Made by a program: the position numbers and the translations under genes. Of a DNA stretch of 18,225 nucleotides, positions 1 through 7,981 are shown in pieces (positions within the stretch are counted from its first letter, which is position 1; every line of letters starts with the position of its first letter). The notes below the pieces were generated by a model. That model was not told the DNA's origin and did no database searches. It was given only the letters and a program-made list of their open reading frames with translations. The DNA is from Candidatus Moanibacter sp. (GTDB lineage: Bacteria; Verrucomicrobiota; Verrucomicrobiia; Opitutales; UBA2987): assembly GCA_965215885.1 (NCBI GenBank), contig CBDCEW010000060.1, positions 1 through 18,225 of the forward strand, given 5' to 3'.

Positions 1-310
1 CCGCTCTCTTGTACCGATCTTCCGTAGTTCGAATGAAGGAGTCGTATTCGATCGAGAGGATGTCCGCTAACTGTCGGAAGGCAGCCGCGTTGCGGTCGAC
101 CCATTCCGAGGGTGTCACGCCCTCCTCCTTCGCAGCCTTGACGTTCTTAAGAGCATTGTCGTCGGTGCCTGTCTGGAGGAAAGATGCGTATCCGCATTGC
201 TTGTAGTAGCGATTCAGGGCATCTGCCTCTAGAAGCTCCAGAGCGAACCCGATGTGGGGCTTCGCGTTTACGTAGGGAACTGTTGTGGTGATATAGATCT
301 GTTTCTTCAT
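1..310 (-). CDS. metG: Methionyl-tRNA synthetase, N-terminal part (runs off window start)
   Basis: Not in the ORF track. Translation from ATG 310 gives MKKQIYITTTVPYVNAKPHIGFALELLEADALNRYYKQCGYASFLQTGTDDNALKNVKAAKEEGVTP...FIRTT, with the MetRS PYVN-x-x-PHIG (HIGH-like), TGTD and FIRTT motifs. Confidence 0.93.
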   Translation of the reverse strand, partial: MKKQIYITTTVPYVNAKPHIGFALELLEADALNRYYKQCGYASFLQTGTDDNALKNVKAAKEEGVTPSEWVDRNAAAFRQLADILSIEYDSFIRTTEDRYKRA

Positions 311-340
311 GCGAAAATCTGAGTGGATGTTGGATTTCGG

Positions 341-378
341 AAAATAAAAAGGCCCAAGAGCATTTGTTCTCTTGGGCC
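341..378 (-). terminator. Intrinsic terminator in the metG leader (attenuator)
   Basis: Minus strand GGCCCAAGAG-AACAAAUG-CUCUUGGGCC (perfect 10-bp stem) followed by UUUUUAUUUU, ending 30 nt before the metG ATG. Confidence 0.88.
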
Positions 379-407
379 GGAAAATTGTCTACCGATTCGG
401 GCTTCTT

Positions 408-485
408 TTACCTGCGCATTCGCATGCCTTCACCGACAATTAACCGGCGAAGTCGCATCATCAAACTGCTGTGATACAGATTCAT
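408..485 (-). CDS. Met-rich leader peptide MNLYHSSLMMRLRRLIVGEGMRMRR (25 aa)
   Basis: ATG at 485, TAA at 410-408; Met at codons 1, 9, 10, 21, 23; purine-rich AGGAAAGAA upstream; sits between a candidate promoter and the terminator. Confidence 0.75.
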   Translation of the reverse strand: MNLYHSSLMMRLRRLIVGEGMRMRR

Positions 486-518
486 TTCTCAGGTTCTTTC
501 CTGTCTATAGAAACATAC

Positions 519-546
519 AGGTTAATTCCCACTTCCTTACTGTCAA
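519..546 (-). promoter_or_regulatory. Putative sigma70 promoter for leader/metG
   Basis: TTGACA (546-541), 16-nt spacer, TAACCT (524-519) on the minus strand. Confidence 0.5.
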
Positions 547-594
547 CCGCGATCTCCCGGGTTAAACACTATTTGATAATAGATTATTATTTAA

Positions 595-1913
595 CACTAC
601 TGTCCGGTTGTTTTTCTAGGAACGCAGGTTAATCGATTGATAACCAACATTTTACATATGATTTCTGCTGTTTTCGACTTGAAATTGCAAAAAGCCTTGT
701 GGACTCTCAAAAATTTCGAGGGTCCAAATCATGTATACAGGTCGATTCGTTTTTTCTCAAATCATAGATTATCTTCCGCGCCATCAGTTCCATCGTTGCG
801 TCCAACGCTACGGAGGCGACTACAAAGTTCAAAAGTTCAGTTGCTTCGAACAATTTCTCTGCATGGGTTTTGCCGAGTTGACCTACCGGGAGAGTCTGCG
901 CGACATCGAAACCTGCCTGCGGGCAGTACAACCAAAACTATACCACGCAGGGATTCGAAGCGGAGTATCCAAAAGCACGCTCGCCGATGCCAACGAGAAA
1001 CGAGACTGGCGCATCTACGCCGACTTTGCACAGGTCCTCATCGCAATGGCTCGTCCTTTGTATTCAAACGAGGATCTGGGCATCGACCTGGACAATACGC
1101 TCTACGCTCTGGACTCCACCACGATCGATCTATGTCTATCACTCTTCCCGTGGGCACGTTTCCGCAAGCACAAGGGGGCGGTGAAGGTCCATACGCTTCT
1201 CGATCTCAGAGGCTCTATCCCTTATTTTATCGAGATTACCGATGGAAAAGTTCACGACGTAAACATTCTGGATCTCATCATCCCCGAGGCCGGTGCTTAC
1301 TATGTAATGGACCGAGCCTATCTGCATTACGAGCGCCTCTATCGGATCGCACAATGCGGTTCTTTCTTCGTCACACGCGCCCGCCGCGGCTTTCAGTTTC
1401 GCCGCCTCTACTCTCAAAAGGTCGACAAATCAACCGGTCTGCGTTCGGACCAGACCGTTGCCCTGGTCAGCTTCTATCCTGCCAAGGCCTACCCCGAAAG
1501 ACTCCGGCGTATCACTTACCTCGACCCCGACAGTTCCGAGCGCTTCGTGTTTCTCACCAACCAGTTTGCCCTCCCAGCCATAATCATCACCCAGATTTAC
1601 CGTTTACGCTGGCAGATCGAATTGTTCTTCAAATGGATCAAACAGCACTTGCGCATCAAGAGCTTTTTCGGCACCTCCGAGAATGCTGTGAAGACTCAAA
1701 TCTGGATTGCCGTCAGCGTCTATGTGCTCATCGCCATCATCCGCAAACGCCTTCGCCTGGAGATCAGTTTGCACAAAATCCTACAGATTCTCAGCTTCAC
1801 CCTATTTGAGAAAACTCCTATGACTGAACTACTTACAGAAACCGATTACACTTTCAATGAACACCGCATTCCTAAACAGTTGGAGTTGTTTGACTTATAA
1901 CCGGACAGTACTG
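595..1913 (+). mobile_element. Complete IS4-family insertion sequence (1319 bp)
   Basis: TIRs CACTACTGTCCGGTT (595-609) and AACCGGACAGTACTG (1899-1913), 14/15 match; 9-bp direct repeat ATTATTTAA at 586-594 and 1914-1922. Confidence 0.95.
731..1900 (+). CDS. IS4-family DDE transposase (DUF4372-type N-terminus)
   Basis: 389 aa; MYTGRFVFSQI start, RESLRDIE, SKSTLADAN, catalytic LDST / VMDRAY / YRLRWQIELFFK motifs; stop codon overlaps the right TIR. Confidence 0.95.
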   Translation: MYTGRFVFSQIIDYLPRHQFHRCVQRYGGDYKVQKFSCFEQFLCMGFAELTYRESLRDIETCLRAVQPKLYHAGIRSGVSKSTLADANEKRDWRIYADFAQVLIAMARPLYSNEDLGIDLDNTLYALDSTTIDLCLSLFPWARFRKHKGAVKVHTLLDLRGSIPYFIEITDGKVHDVNILDLIIPEAGAYYVMDRAYLHYERLYRIAQCGSFFVTRARRGFQFRRLYSQKVDKSTGLRSDQTVALVSFYPAKAYPERLRRITYLDPDSSERFVFLTNQFALPAIIITQIYRLRWQIELFFKWIKQHLRIKSFFGTSENAVKTQIWIAVSVYVLIAIIRKRLRLEISLHKILQILSFTLFEKTPMTELLTETDYTFNEHRIPKQLELFDL

Positions 1914-1960
1914 ATTATTTAACATTTCTTAAAAATGTATAAGACTTCGTCCATTTTAAA

Positions 1961-2144
1961 CCCTGGGCGGACTCGAAGATGCAGCTCGAATACCCGAGAG
2001 GGATGTAGGAGCGAGTTTACCTCGCGATGATCATGGTGGTACGGATCGAGGCTTAAAGCCTCTCCTACTTCAGGAGTGAATTATCACCGCAAGGAACAGT
2101 GGGTCGGCGGAGCCGCCGTGGGTTGCCCGTCTTCGTCACTCGGG
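1961..2144 (+). ncRNA. Candidate structured RNA (~185 nt), family unassigned (6S-sized)
   Basis: Nested helices CCUGGG 1962-1967 / CUCGGG 2139-2144, CGAAGAU 1974-1980 / GUCUUCG 2129-2135, GCAGCUC 1981-1987 / GGGUUGC 2120-2126; four-way junction closed by GUAGGA 2005-2010 / UCCUAC 2063-2068; G-U pairs favour the + strand. Confidence 0.6.
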
Positions 2145-2233
2145 AGACCTCGGCGGTAGAGAGGTCTGCAAAGTTCGCACTTTCGGGTTGTGAGAGTGGA
2201 CATTGAACTCTCATGCGTATACACACCTCATTC

Positions 2234-2680
2234 ATGAACGAAAATGTAAAGATCCTCGCCAAAGATCTGGCGGTAGAATACCCTCGCAGCCCTCATGAGA
2301 CACTGGGGGGCTTTGTCATTGCAGCGCGCGCTTTGGACAAATGCCGCGCGGCCCTCGCCGGAACGATCGGTGAATACCATTACGATTGTCCGCTCGACAA
2401 TCATTTCTTCTCCTTTGCGAAGATTACGGGAGATGCCTATAGAGAATTTGTCGCTACCGGCGCCGGCGACGAGGAAGTCGGCCAATGGATTCGGGGACAG
2501 ATCGAACTTTCCGACGATACCATAATGCTCTGGAATCTGCGTATGCGTCAAACGCGAATCACGGAACTGCCAATTCCCCAGCAACTCTTTCTCGAAGGGT
2601 ATATCAGGGAGTTCATCCCAAGTAACCGAAGGATTTACACCTGGTTCGACGTCTACGACATCGAGGAGGGCGTGATCTGA
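2234..2680 (+). CDS. DUF5069-family protein
   Basis: AKDL...YPRSPHETLGG...ARALDKCRA...GEYHYDCPLD...FDVYDIEEG pattern recognised as DUF5069; likely start ATG 2234 (alternative 2213). Confidence 0.8.
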   Translation: MNENVKILAKDLAVEYPRSPHETLGGFVIAARALDKCRAALAGTIGEYHYDCPLDNHFFSFAKITGDAYREFVATGAGDEEVGQWIRGQIELSDDTIMLWNLRMRQTRITELPIPQQLFLEGYIREFIPSNRRIYTWFDVYDIEEGVI

Positions 2681-5448
2681 TATGCCTTCATACTCGGTTT
2701 GACGGTGCGGGCAAACCAGGGGGGTCGGCGAAGGTTATCCGGAGTAGGGGATGGCGCTTCTGAAAGGGCGAGCCACTCTTCATAGACTTCGAAAGCCTTG
2801 TTGGTATCGACTTCGACATCGCCATAACGGTCGTTGGAATAAGCCTTCTCAACCTTTACTTTCTGGTGCCAGCAATGCATACCCGAGACGGGGTCGGGCT
2901 GAACGGGAAAGGTCAGATTCTGATGGACACCGCCGTCTTTCCACCAGATGCGTTGCGAGTCTGGATCATCGGAAGAAAATGGGGCGACATCACCGGTGCG
3001 GCGCACCCGCCACCGACCCTTTCCGGTTTCCTTAAGCTCGACATCGGCGGCTGCCCACCGGTCAGTCCCCGGCATATTTTCGAGGCGCCAGCGACCGAGA
3101 TGATGTGAGCAGGCCACAACCCCCGGGCGGATACCCTCGGTTACCCAGGCCTTGTTAACGTAGTAACCGATACGCGTCACGATCCGGAGCAGTTGTCCGG
3201 TCTTGACACCGATACGTGCTGCGTCAGGGGGGCTTATCCAGACCGGGTTTGAGTTGGAGAGTTCGTAGAGCCACTTGGAGTTGGCGGAGCGTGTGTGGAT
3301 GAGAGTGGGGATACGGAAAGTGGGCACGAGCACGTATTCGTTTTTTGACGAATCGATATTGTCAGGATGCACGTGCGAGCGGATATAATCGGGCAGGACG
3401 TGATCCTCATAGCCCCACTCTTTCATTGTAGGGGAGAAGAACTCGAGCTTTAGTGACGGCGTCGCGAAACCGGCACGTGGGCTACCCTCTACTTCAACGG
3501 CGAGCACCTTCCCCTCTTTCATCCATTGCCCGTCTTTATTGCGCTGAGCGCTTTCCGTGGTGACTTCCGATTCATAGTGAGTGTAGTCATCGCGCGTAAT
3601 CTCGAATGCTCCGTACTTTCGCATGTAGGCAAGTGGTGTGAGACTTTCCCTGTTCGCCGCCTCAGGAAGGCCGGGAACGCTGTTTTCGAAGATCCAGCGG
3701 TAGGCCTCATCGATTGTGACGCGCTCGCCCGGCCGATAGGGTGACTCGAAGTGTTTTCGGATGCCGAGGGACCCGTCCTCGTCGATGGCCCAGGAAAGCG
3801 CAATCCAGAACTCCTCTTCTTCCCAGACTTCGCCCGGATTCGCCTCCCAGGTCCATTGCACCTCCCTCCCTTCCTTTTCGGCAAAGACCCGGTTGACCGG
3901 CTGGCGAAAACTGATCCAGCGACTGGCATGGGTCTCCTGGCTCATCAGGTCGTGCCTCTCCGTGGCGAGCCCCATGGGAAGCACGTAGTCGGCCCACAGA
4001 GCGGTTTCGTTCCATGTCGGAGTGAGGGCGGCATGCATGCCCACCATGTCCTCGTCGCGAAGCATTTCCACCCAGGAAAAGCCGTCCGGATTGGTCCACA
4101 CCGGATTGTAGACGCGCGTGAAATAGGTGTCGATGCGGCCGCGCCTCTGGCGCAAAAAGTGCGGCAGAAGAAAGCTCAACTCATGGTGGGCGAGGGGCCA
4201 CTCCGCCGGGTAGAGCAACTCGTTCCAGACTTCCTGAGCCGGGGGTGAGGCAAAACGTTTCGGCACAAACTTGTTGGCTCCGGCCGGAGCGGTGCCCCCT
4301 TTCGTCCCTACTGACCCGGTGAGAACACACAGAAACTGCAAGCAGCGGGCAACCTGCCACCCCCCGCGGTTTCCAGAGGCGGCGTTGCGCCAGACGTGTG
4401 AGGCAAAGGCTCCGCGGGCATTTCCGATCTCCCTGCCCACTTCGCGGACCGTCTCTTCAGTGACTCCGCATTCCCGGGCCACCCATTCCGGGGTATAGCG
4501 GCTATACTGCTCGCGGAGCGCGGCCAGGAACGTATCGAAATTCTGTGGCCTATCCGGGTGAAGCGCTTCCATAGAGACCTCCCAGTTCACCCAATTGCGC
4601 AAAAAATCTCGGTCCGCGAGGTCGTCGTTCAGGATGACATGGGCAAATCCCAGGAGCAGGGCCGCTTCCGTTCCCGGGTGCGGGGCGATCCAGTAATCGC
4701 TCATGGAGGCGGTATTGGAAAGGCGAATGTCAATGGTTGCGATTTTCGCCCCGGACTTTTTTCCCTCAATGATACGCTGGGCGTGAGGGTTGAAATAGTG
4801 CCCCGTTTCCAGGTGTGCCGAGAGGAGGAGGATAAACTTCGCATTGGCGTGATCGGGTGAGGGACGGTCCATTCCCGACCACAGGGCATAGCCAAGGCGG
4901 GCCGACGCGGAACAAACATTGGTATGTGAATTATGACCGTCCACTCCCCAAGACTGCAGGATCCACTCCATGAGCCCGTCGTGGCCGGGACGGCCGACGT
5001 GGTACATCACTTCGGTCAATCGCTCCTCCGTAATTGCTTTGCGGATCCGAGCGGAGAGGGTCGAGATGACTTCATCCCATGTCGTCCGCTCGAATTTTCC
5101 GGAACCACGGGAGCCGGAACGCTTGAGCGGATAGAGGATCCGGTTGGGATCGTTCACCTGGTTCAGCGTCGCTGGACCCTTGGCACAGTTTCTTCCGCGC
5201 GATCCGGGATGCCAGGGATTGCCCTCGATCTTCCGAATCTTTCCATTGGCCCGGTCGATGTAGGCGGTGAGCCCACAGGCCGCTTCACAATTGAAACAAG
5301 TGGTGGGCACGATACGGTAGTGGATTTCCTCTCTCCGCGGCCACGCCTTCGGATCGTATTCTACCCAGTCGTCCCACTTCTCCGGCGGAGGAAAATCCCG
5401 CAGGTTTGTGTGTTGCCATTTCCGGCCCGATGGAGCGTAGCCACTCAT
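2653..5448 (-). CDS. Molybdopterin (bis-MGD) oxidoreductase catalytic subunit, DMSO-reductase superfamily
   Basis: 931 aa; FS0 motif TTCFNCEAAC...RNCAKG, RILYPLKR, HTNVCS (Cys at the Psr/Phs-like Mo-ligand position), ETALWADYVLP, HTRSAN and PDAARIG C-terminal domain; no twin-arginine signal. Confidence 0.93.
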   Translation of the reverse strand: MSGYAPSGRKWQHTNLRDFPPPEKWDDWVEYDPKAWPRREEIHYRIVPTTCFNCEAACGLTAYIDRANGKIRKIEGNPWHPGSRGRNCAKGPATLNQVNDPNRILYPLKRSGSRGSGKFERTTWDEVISTLSARIRKAITEERLTEVMYHVGRPGHDGLMEWILQSWGVDGHNSHTNVCSASARLGYALWSGMDRPSPDHANAKFILLLSAHLETGHYFNPHAQRIIEGKKSGAKIATIDIRLSNTASMSDYWIAPHPGTEAALLLGFAHVILNDDLADRDFLRNWVNWEVSMEALHPDRPQNFDTFLAALREQYSRYTPEWVARECGVTEETVREVGREIGNARGAFASHVWRNAASGNRGGWQVARCLQFLCVLTGSVGTKGGTAPAGANKFVPKRFASPPAQEVWNELLYPAEWPLAHHELSFLLPHFLRQRRGRIDTYFTRVYNPVWTNPDGFSWVEMLRDEDMVGMHAALTPTWNETALWADYVLPMGLATERHDLMSQETHASRWISFRQPVNRVFAEKEGREVQWTWEANPGEVWEEEEFWIALSWAIDEDGSLGIRKHFESPYRPGERVTIDEAYRWIFENSVPGLPEAANRESLTPLAYMRKYGAFEITRDDYTHYESEVTTESAQRNKDGQWMKEGKVLAVEVEGSPRAGFATPSLKLEFFSPTMKEWGYEDHVLPDYIRSHVHPDNIDSSKNEYVLVPTFRIPTLIHTRSANSKWLYELSNSNPVWISPPDAARIGVKTGQLLRIVTRIGYYVNKAWVTEGIRPGVVACSHHLGRWRLENMPGTDRWAAADVELKETGKGRWRVRRTGDVAPFSSDDPDSQRIWWKDGGVHQNLTFPVQPDPVSGMHCWHQKVKVEKAYSNDRYGDVEVDTNKAFEVYEEWLALSEAPSPTPDNLRRPPWFARTVKPSMKAYQITPSSMS

Positions 5449-6974
5449 GAGTTCGGGAGCGCCTGTCCAGCTTCAATCCAGGCTTTTCCGTAAAGGGTGA
5501 GGGCTGCCACGGAAAGGACGCCGGCGGTTGCGCCGAGAAGCGTGGAGAGTGGGCTTTCAATTGTGACGGTCGCTGAAACGATAGCGATTATCGCTGCCAT
5601 AATTAGAAGAAAGACGGCATGATTGAGTTCCTTTCGGCCATAAAAAAGTCCGTGGGACGCCGTCCTTGGCTTCGACACTTTTTCCGCCAGGACCCAGACA
5701 GCGTTAGCGCCGGCAAATATTGCGAGCAGCCACATTGCCGGTGCCTGAAAGCCCGCCTCCTTTGGCAGGATTGCGACAAAGCAGCCACCGAGGAGCGCTG
5801 CCTGTAGCAGGAGATGCCAGAAATGCCTGCCCACACCCAACCAGAGATCGCGGCCCATGCACTGGTGAAAAAGAAATGCGCTGTAACCCGAGACAAAGAT
5901 GGCGATTGGAAAATTCACAATCCGTGCTGTGTCCGCTGCCACGTTCATCCCTGTAAGTCGTAGAAAAAGTGCCGCGCTCGTTACCACTCCGGAGGCAATG
6001 AGTATCCAGGCACCCTTCACGAGCCAGGAATCCGTATTGGGGTGAAAGATGATCTTCATAAAGCGCTCAGGGCGACCCAGGTCGTGCACAAGGAGCGCGT
6101 TTGTAAAAACAAGAAAAATGAGTCCGACAACCTCAGGAAGAACGTCCCGCATGAATCCTTCGGCCACACCCAGAATCCCGAGCAGGGGAGCCACCATGAG
6201 CGCCCCTGCGCAAATGTTCTTGGCCAGAATGTAGAGGACTATGTGTGCGCCCCACGTCGCCTTGTGCGCATCGTCGAACGTCGTCAGAATATCAGGAGTC
6301 GGCTCGAACCCCGGCACCACGGGGGGCGGTTCGGCCGGTCGTTCACTCCACAGATATGACTGTGGTTCCGCCGCCGATCCCGGTAGCAGCGCTTCCTCCA
6401 GTGCATCCACATACCATAGGCGGGGTCGCGTCCCCTTCTCCAGCTTGCGGCGGCTCGTTTTGTGATTTGCGATGTACTGCGAAATTGTCGACTCGGGCTC
6501 GTTCACGGGTCCCGAGATGATCGCCTCGACCGGGCACACGTTAACACACGCCGGTTCAAGCCCCAGTTCGGTTCGGTGCGCGCAGTAGTGGCATTTTTCG
6601 GCCACTCCGTTATCCTCATTGAGGTAGATCGCGTCGTAGGGGCAGGCCTGCATGCACGCCGTGCAGCCAATACAGAGATCGCGATCGAGGTCGACGATCG
6701 CGTCCGGTCGCTTGTGCAGCGCATTAACGGGGCAGATGTCCACACAGGGCGCCGCGTCACAGTGGTTGCACCGAAGCACCGTAAAATGCCTTCGAACTTC
6801 CGGGAACCGCCCCTTCTCTACATATTTGACGGATGTGCGAAAGTCTCCCAGGGGCACGTCGTTCTCCATTTTGCACGCCACCGTGCAGGCATGGCATCCG
6901 ATACACCGGCTTTGATCGATGACAAAGCCGTACTGGGGAATGGCCGCTGTCTTATCCTGGGTGTTTTCTTGCAA
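5445..6974 (-). CDS. Fused 4x[4Fe-4S] electron-transfer subunit (PsrB/NrfC-like) and NrfD/PsrC-like membrane anchor
   Basis: CIGCHACTVAC, CNHCDAAPCVDICP, CIGCTACMQACP, CHYC...PACVNVCP, then a hydrophobic multi-helix region with DLGRPERF; TTG start; ATGA overlap with the catalytic subunit. Confidence 0.92.
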   Translation of the reverse strand: MQENTQDKTAAIPQYGFVIDQSRCIGCHACTVACKMENDVPLGDFRTSVKYVEKGRFPEVRRHFTVLRCNHCDAAPCVDICPVNALHKRPDAIVDLDRDLCIGCTACMQACPYDAIYLNEDNGVAEKCHYCAHRTELGLEPACVNVCPVEAIISGPVNEPESTISQYIANHKTSRRKLEKGTRPRLWYVDALEEALLPGSAAEPQSYLWSERPAEPPPVVPGFEPTPDILTTFDDAHKATWGAHIVLYILAKNICAGALMVAPLLGILGVAEGFMRDVLPEVVGLIFLVFTNALLVHDLGRPERFMKIIFHPNTDSWLVKGAWILIASGVVTSAALFLRLTGMNVAADTARIVNFPIAIFVSGYSAFLFHQCMGRDLWLGVGRHFWHLLLQAALLGGCFVAILPKEAGFQAPAMWLLAIFAGANAVWVLAEKVSKPRTASHGLFYGRKELNHAVFLLIMAAIIAIVSATVTIESPLSTLLGATAGVLSVAALTLYGKAWIEAGQALPNS

Positions 6975-7188
6975 TCGATTTTATCCTGTTCGAGCGAATT
7001 GCGGCCGAGGAATCAGTCCGACCTTGCTGTCTTAGCATCCGTGAAAGAGGGTTTTTCAGGGGACGGGTCGATCTCGTTCCGACAAAATTCAGATTCTTTT
7101 TCCCAATGCATGCGCCTTTCCATGTCCTGCTTCTGAGAATCGATGATACAGGTATACTCTGTCAATTTTCTTCCGTTGCAACCTCTCC

Positions 7189-7371
7189 GTGACGAGTGGC
7201 AAGCCCTGCATTCGGGGATTGAGGGTTACGGTAGGCACTATCGTCGGCTTGCTGGCCGCCGGCAAACTCCAGGCCGATATACTTCGCTTGTACCCTTACT
7301 TCGAAGCGGAGGACATAGATGACGCCCTCTCTTACGCGGCTTGGCGTGCTGAGGAGATCGACTACAATTGA
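7189..7371 (+). pseudogene. DUF433-family antitoxin, probably N-terminally truncated
   Basis: GKPCIRGLRVTV...IVGLLAAG...ILRLYP...EDIDDALSYAA is the DUF433 core; the usual N-terminal strand and a clear RBS are missing; no intact toxin follows. Confidence 0.7.
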
Positions 7372-7749
7372 CGAACGAAGAGCTCGCGTGAGAATTCTTC
7401 CTATTGAGCGTGAAACCTCTTGAATAGAGGCAAAGGGGTCATGTTGATCTTTTTGCACAATCTCTTGAGATTAATGGAAAATTGAGGAAACCACACAAAA
7501 GGGAATGAACCATACAGCTCTGGCTTCGAACCATCTTGCAAAGGCTGTTGTGGCAGGACTTTAAAACAACTCCACTGGTGCGAACCGCACTCCCGCAACT
7601 GCCTCGAACGAATAATTCGTATGTCGTTCTGTTGAGTGCATACCATGCGCTTCTACTGCAACGGATTATGGCTCTTTCTCCGCACAACCGACATCGAAAA
7701 TCAAAACGATAGGGGCAACAGCCCCGATCAACATGACCTCTTCAGTGTT

Positions 7750-7815
7750 CCGCGTCGTTGCCGACGCGGCTACGGAAAGTGTTCTTTGTCGTAAGCCTCG
7801 TCGTAAACTTTGTCG
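7750..7815 (-). repeat. 66-bp repeat, copy 1: GTAG-REP palindrome plus degenerate 12-bp tandem units
   Basis: Minus strand GTAG-CCGCGTCG-GCAA-CGACGCGG (7773-7750) beside CTTTGTCGTAAA-like units; 58/66 identical to 11677-11742. Confidence 0.85.
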
Positions 7816-7981
7816 GTGTTTTGTCCTGAATGATTCTGACGGTCGAATTTAGATCACGATTTTGACTCACGACCGGAAGATCCTTCATCTTCCACTTCTC
7901 CCCCGTCTCCGTGTCCCCGCGTCTCCGCAATCTGAACTTTGGGTTCATCCCCGGTGCCGTTAGCCGGCACGTTTCGAGGAT

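Noticed and set aside
341..520. T-box riboswitch upstream of metG
   Set aside because: No T-box consensus (GGUGGnACC) or recognisable stem I; the Met-rich leader ORF explains the region better.
637..1809. 390-aa ORF overlapping the IS4 transposase in another frame
   Set aside because: Arg/Ser/Pro-rich with no motifs; a shadow frame of the transposase.
2005..2068. tRNA gene (cloverleaf-like junction)
   Set aside because: No T-loop (TTCRA) or D-loop consensus, wrong stem lengths, no CCA end.
2060..2170. SAM-I riboswitch-like words on the minus strand (GACGAAG..GGCAACC...GGUGAUAAUUC) pointing toward metG
   Set aside because: Lacks the AUCnAGAG/GAU P1 core and the P2 kink-turn; GCAACC has no GGUGC partner; G-U pairs favour a + strand structure.
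6953..7123. 56-aa minus-strand ORF (MERRMHWEK...) upstream of the Fe-S/NrfD gene
   Set aside because: No recognisable motif and it overlaps the downstream start out of frame; unsupported without homologs.
7400..7740. Short ORFs in the AT-richer gap
   Set aside because: No recognisable motifs, RBS or consistent codon bias.
7784..7815. CRISPR array from repeated CTTTGTCG units (also 11711-11742)
   Set aside because: Degenerate 12-bp tandem units without unique spacers; no cas genes in the window.
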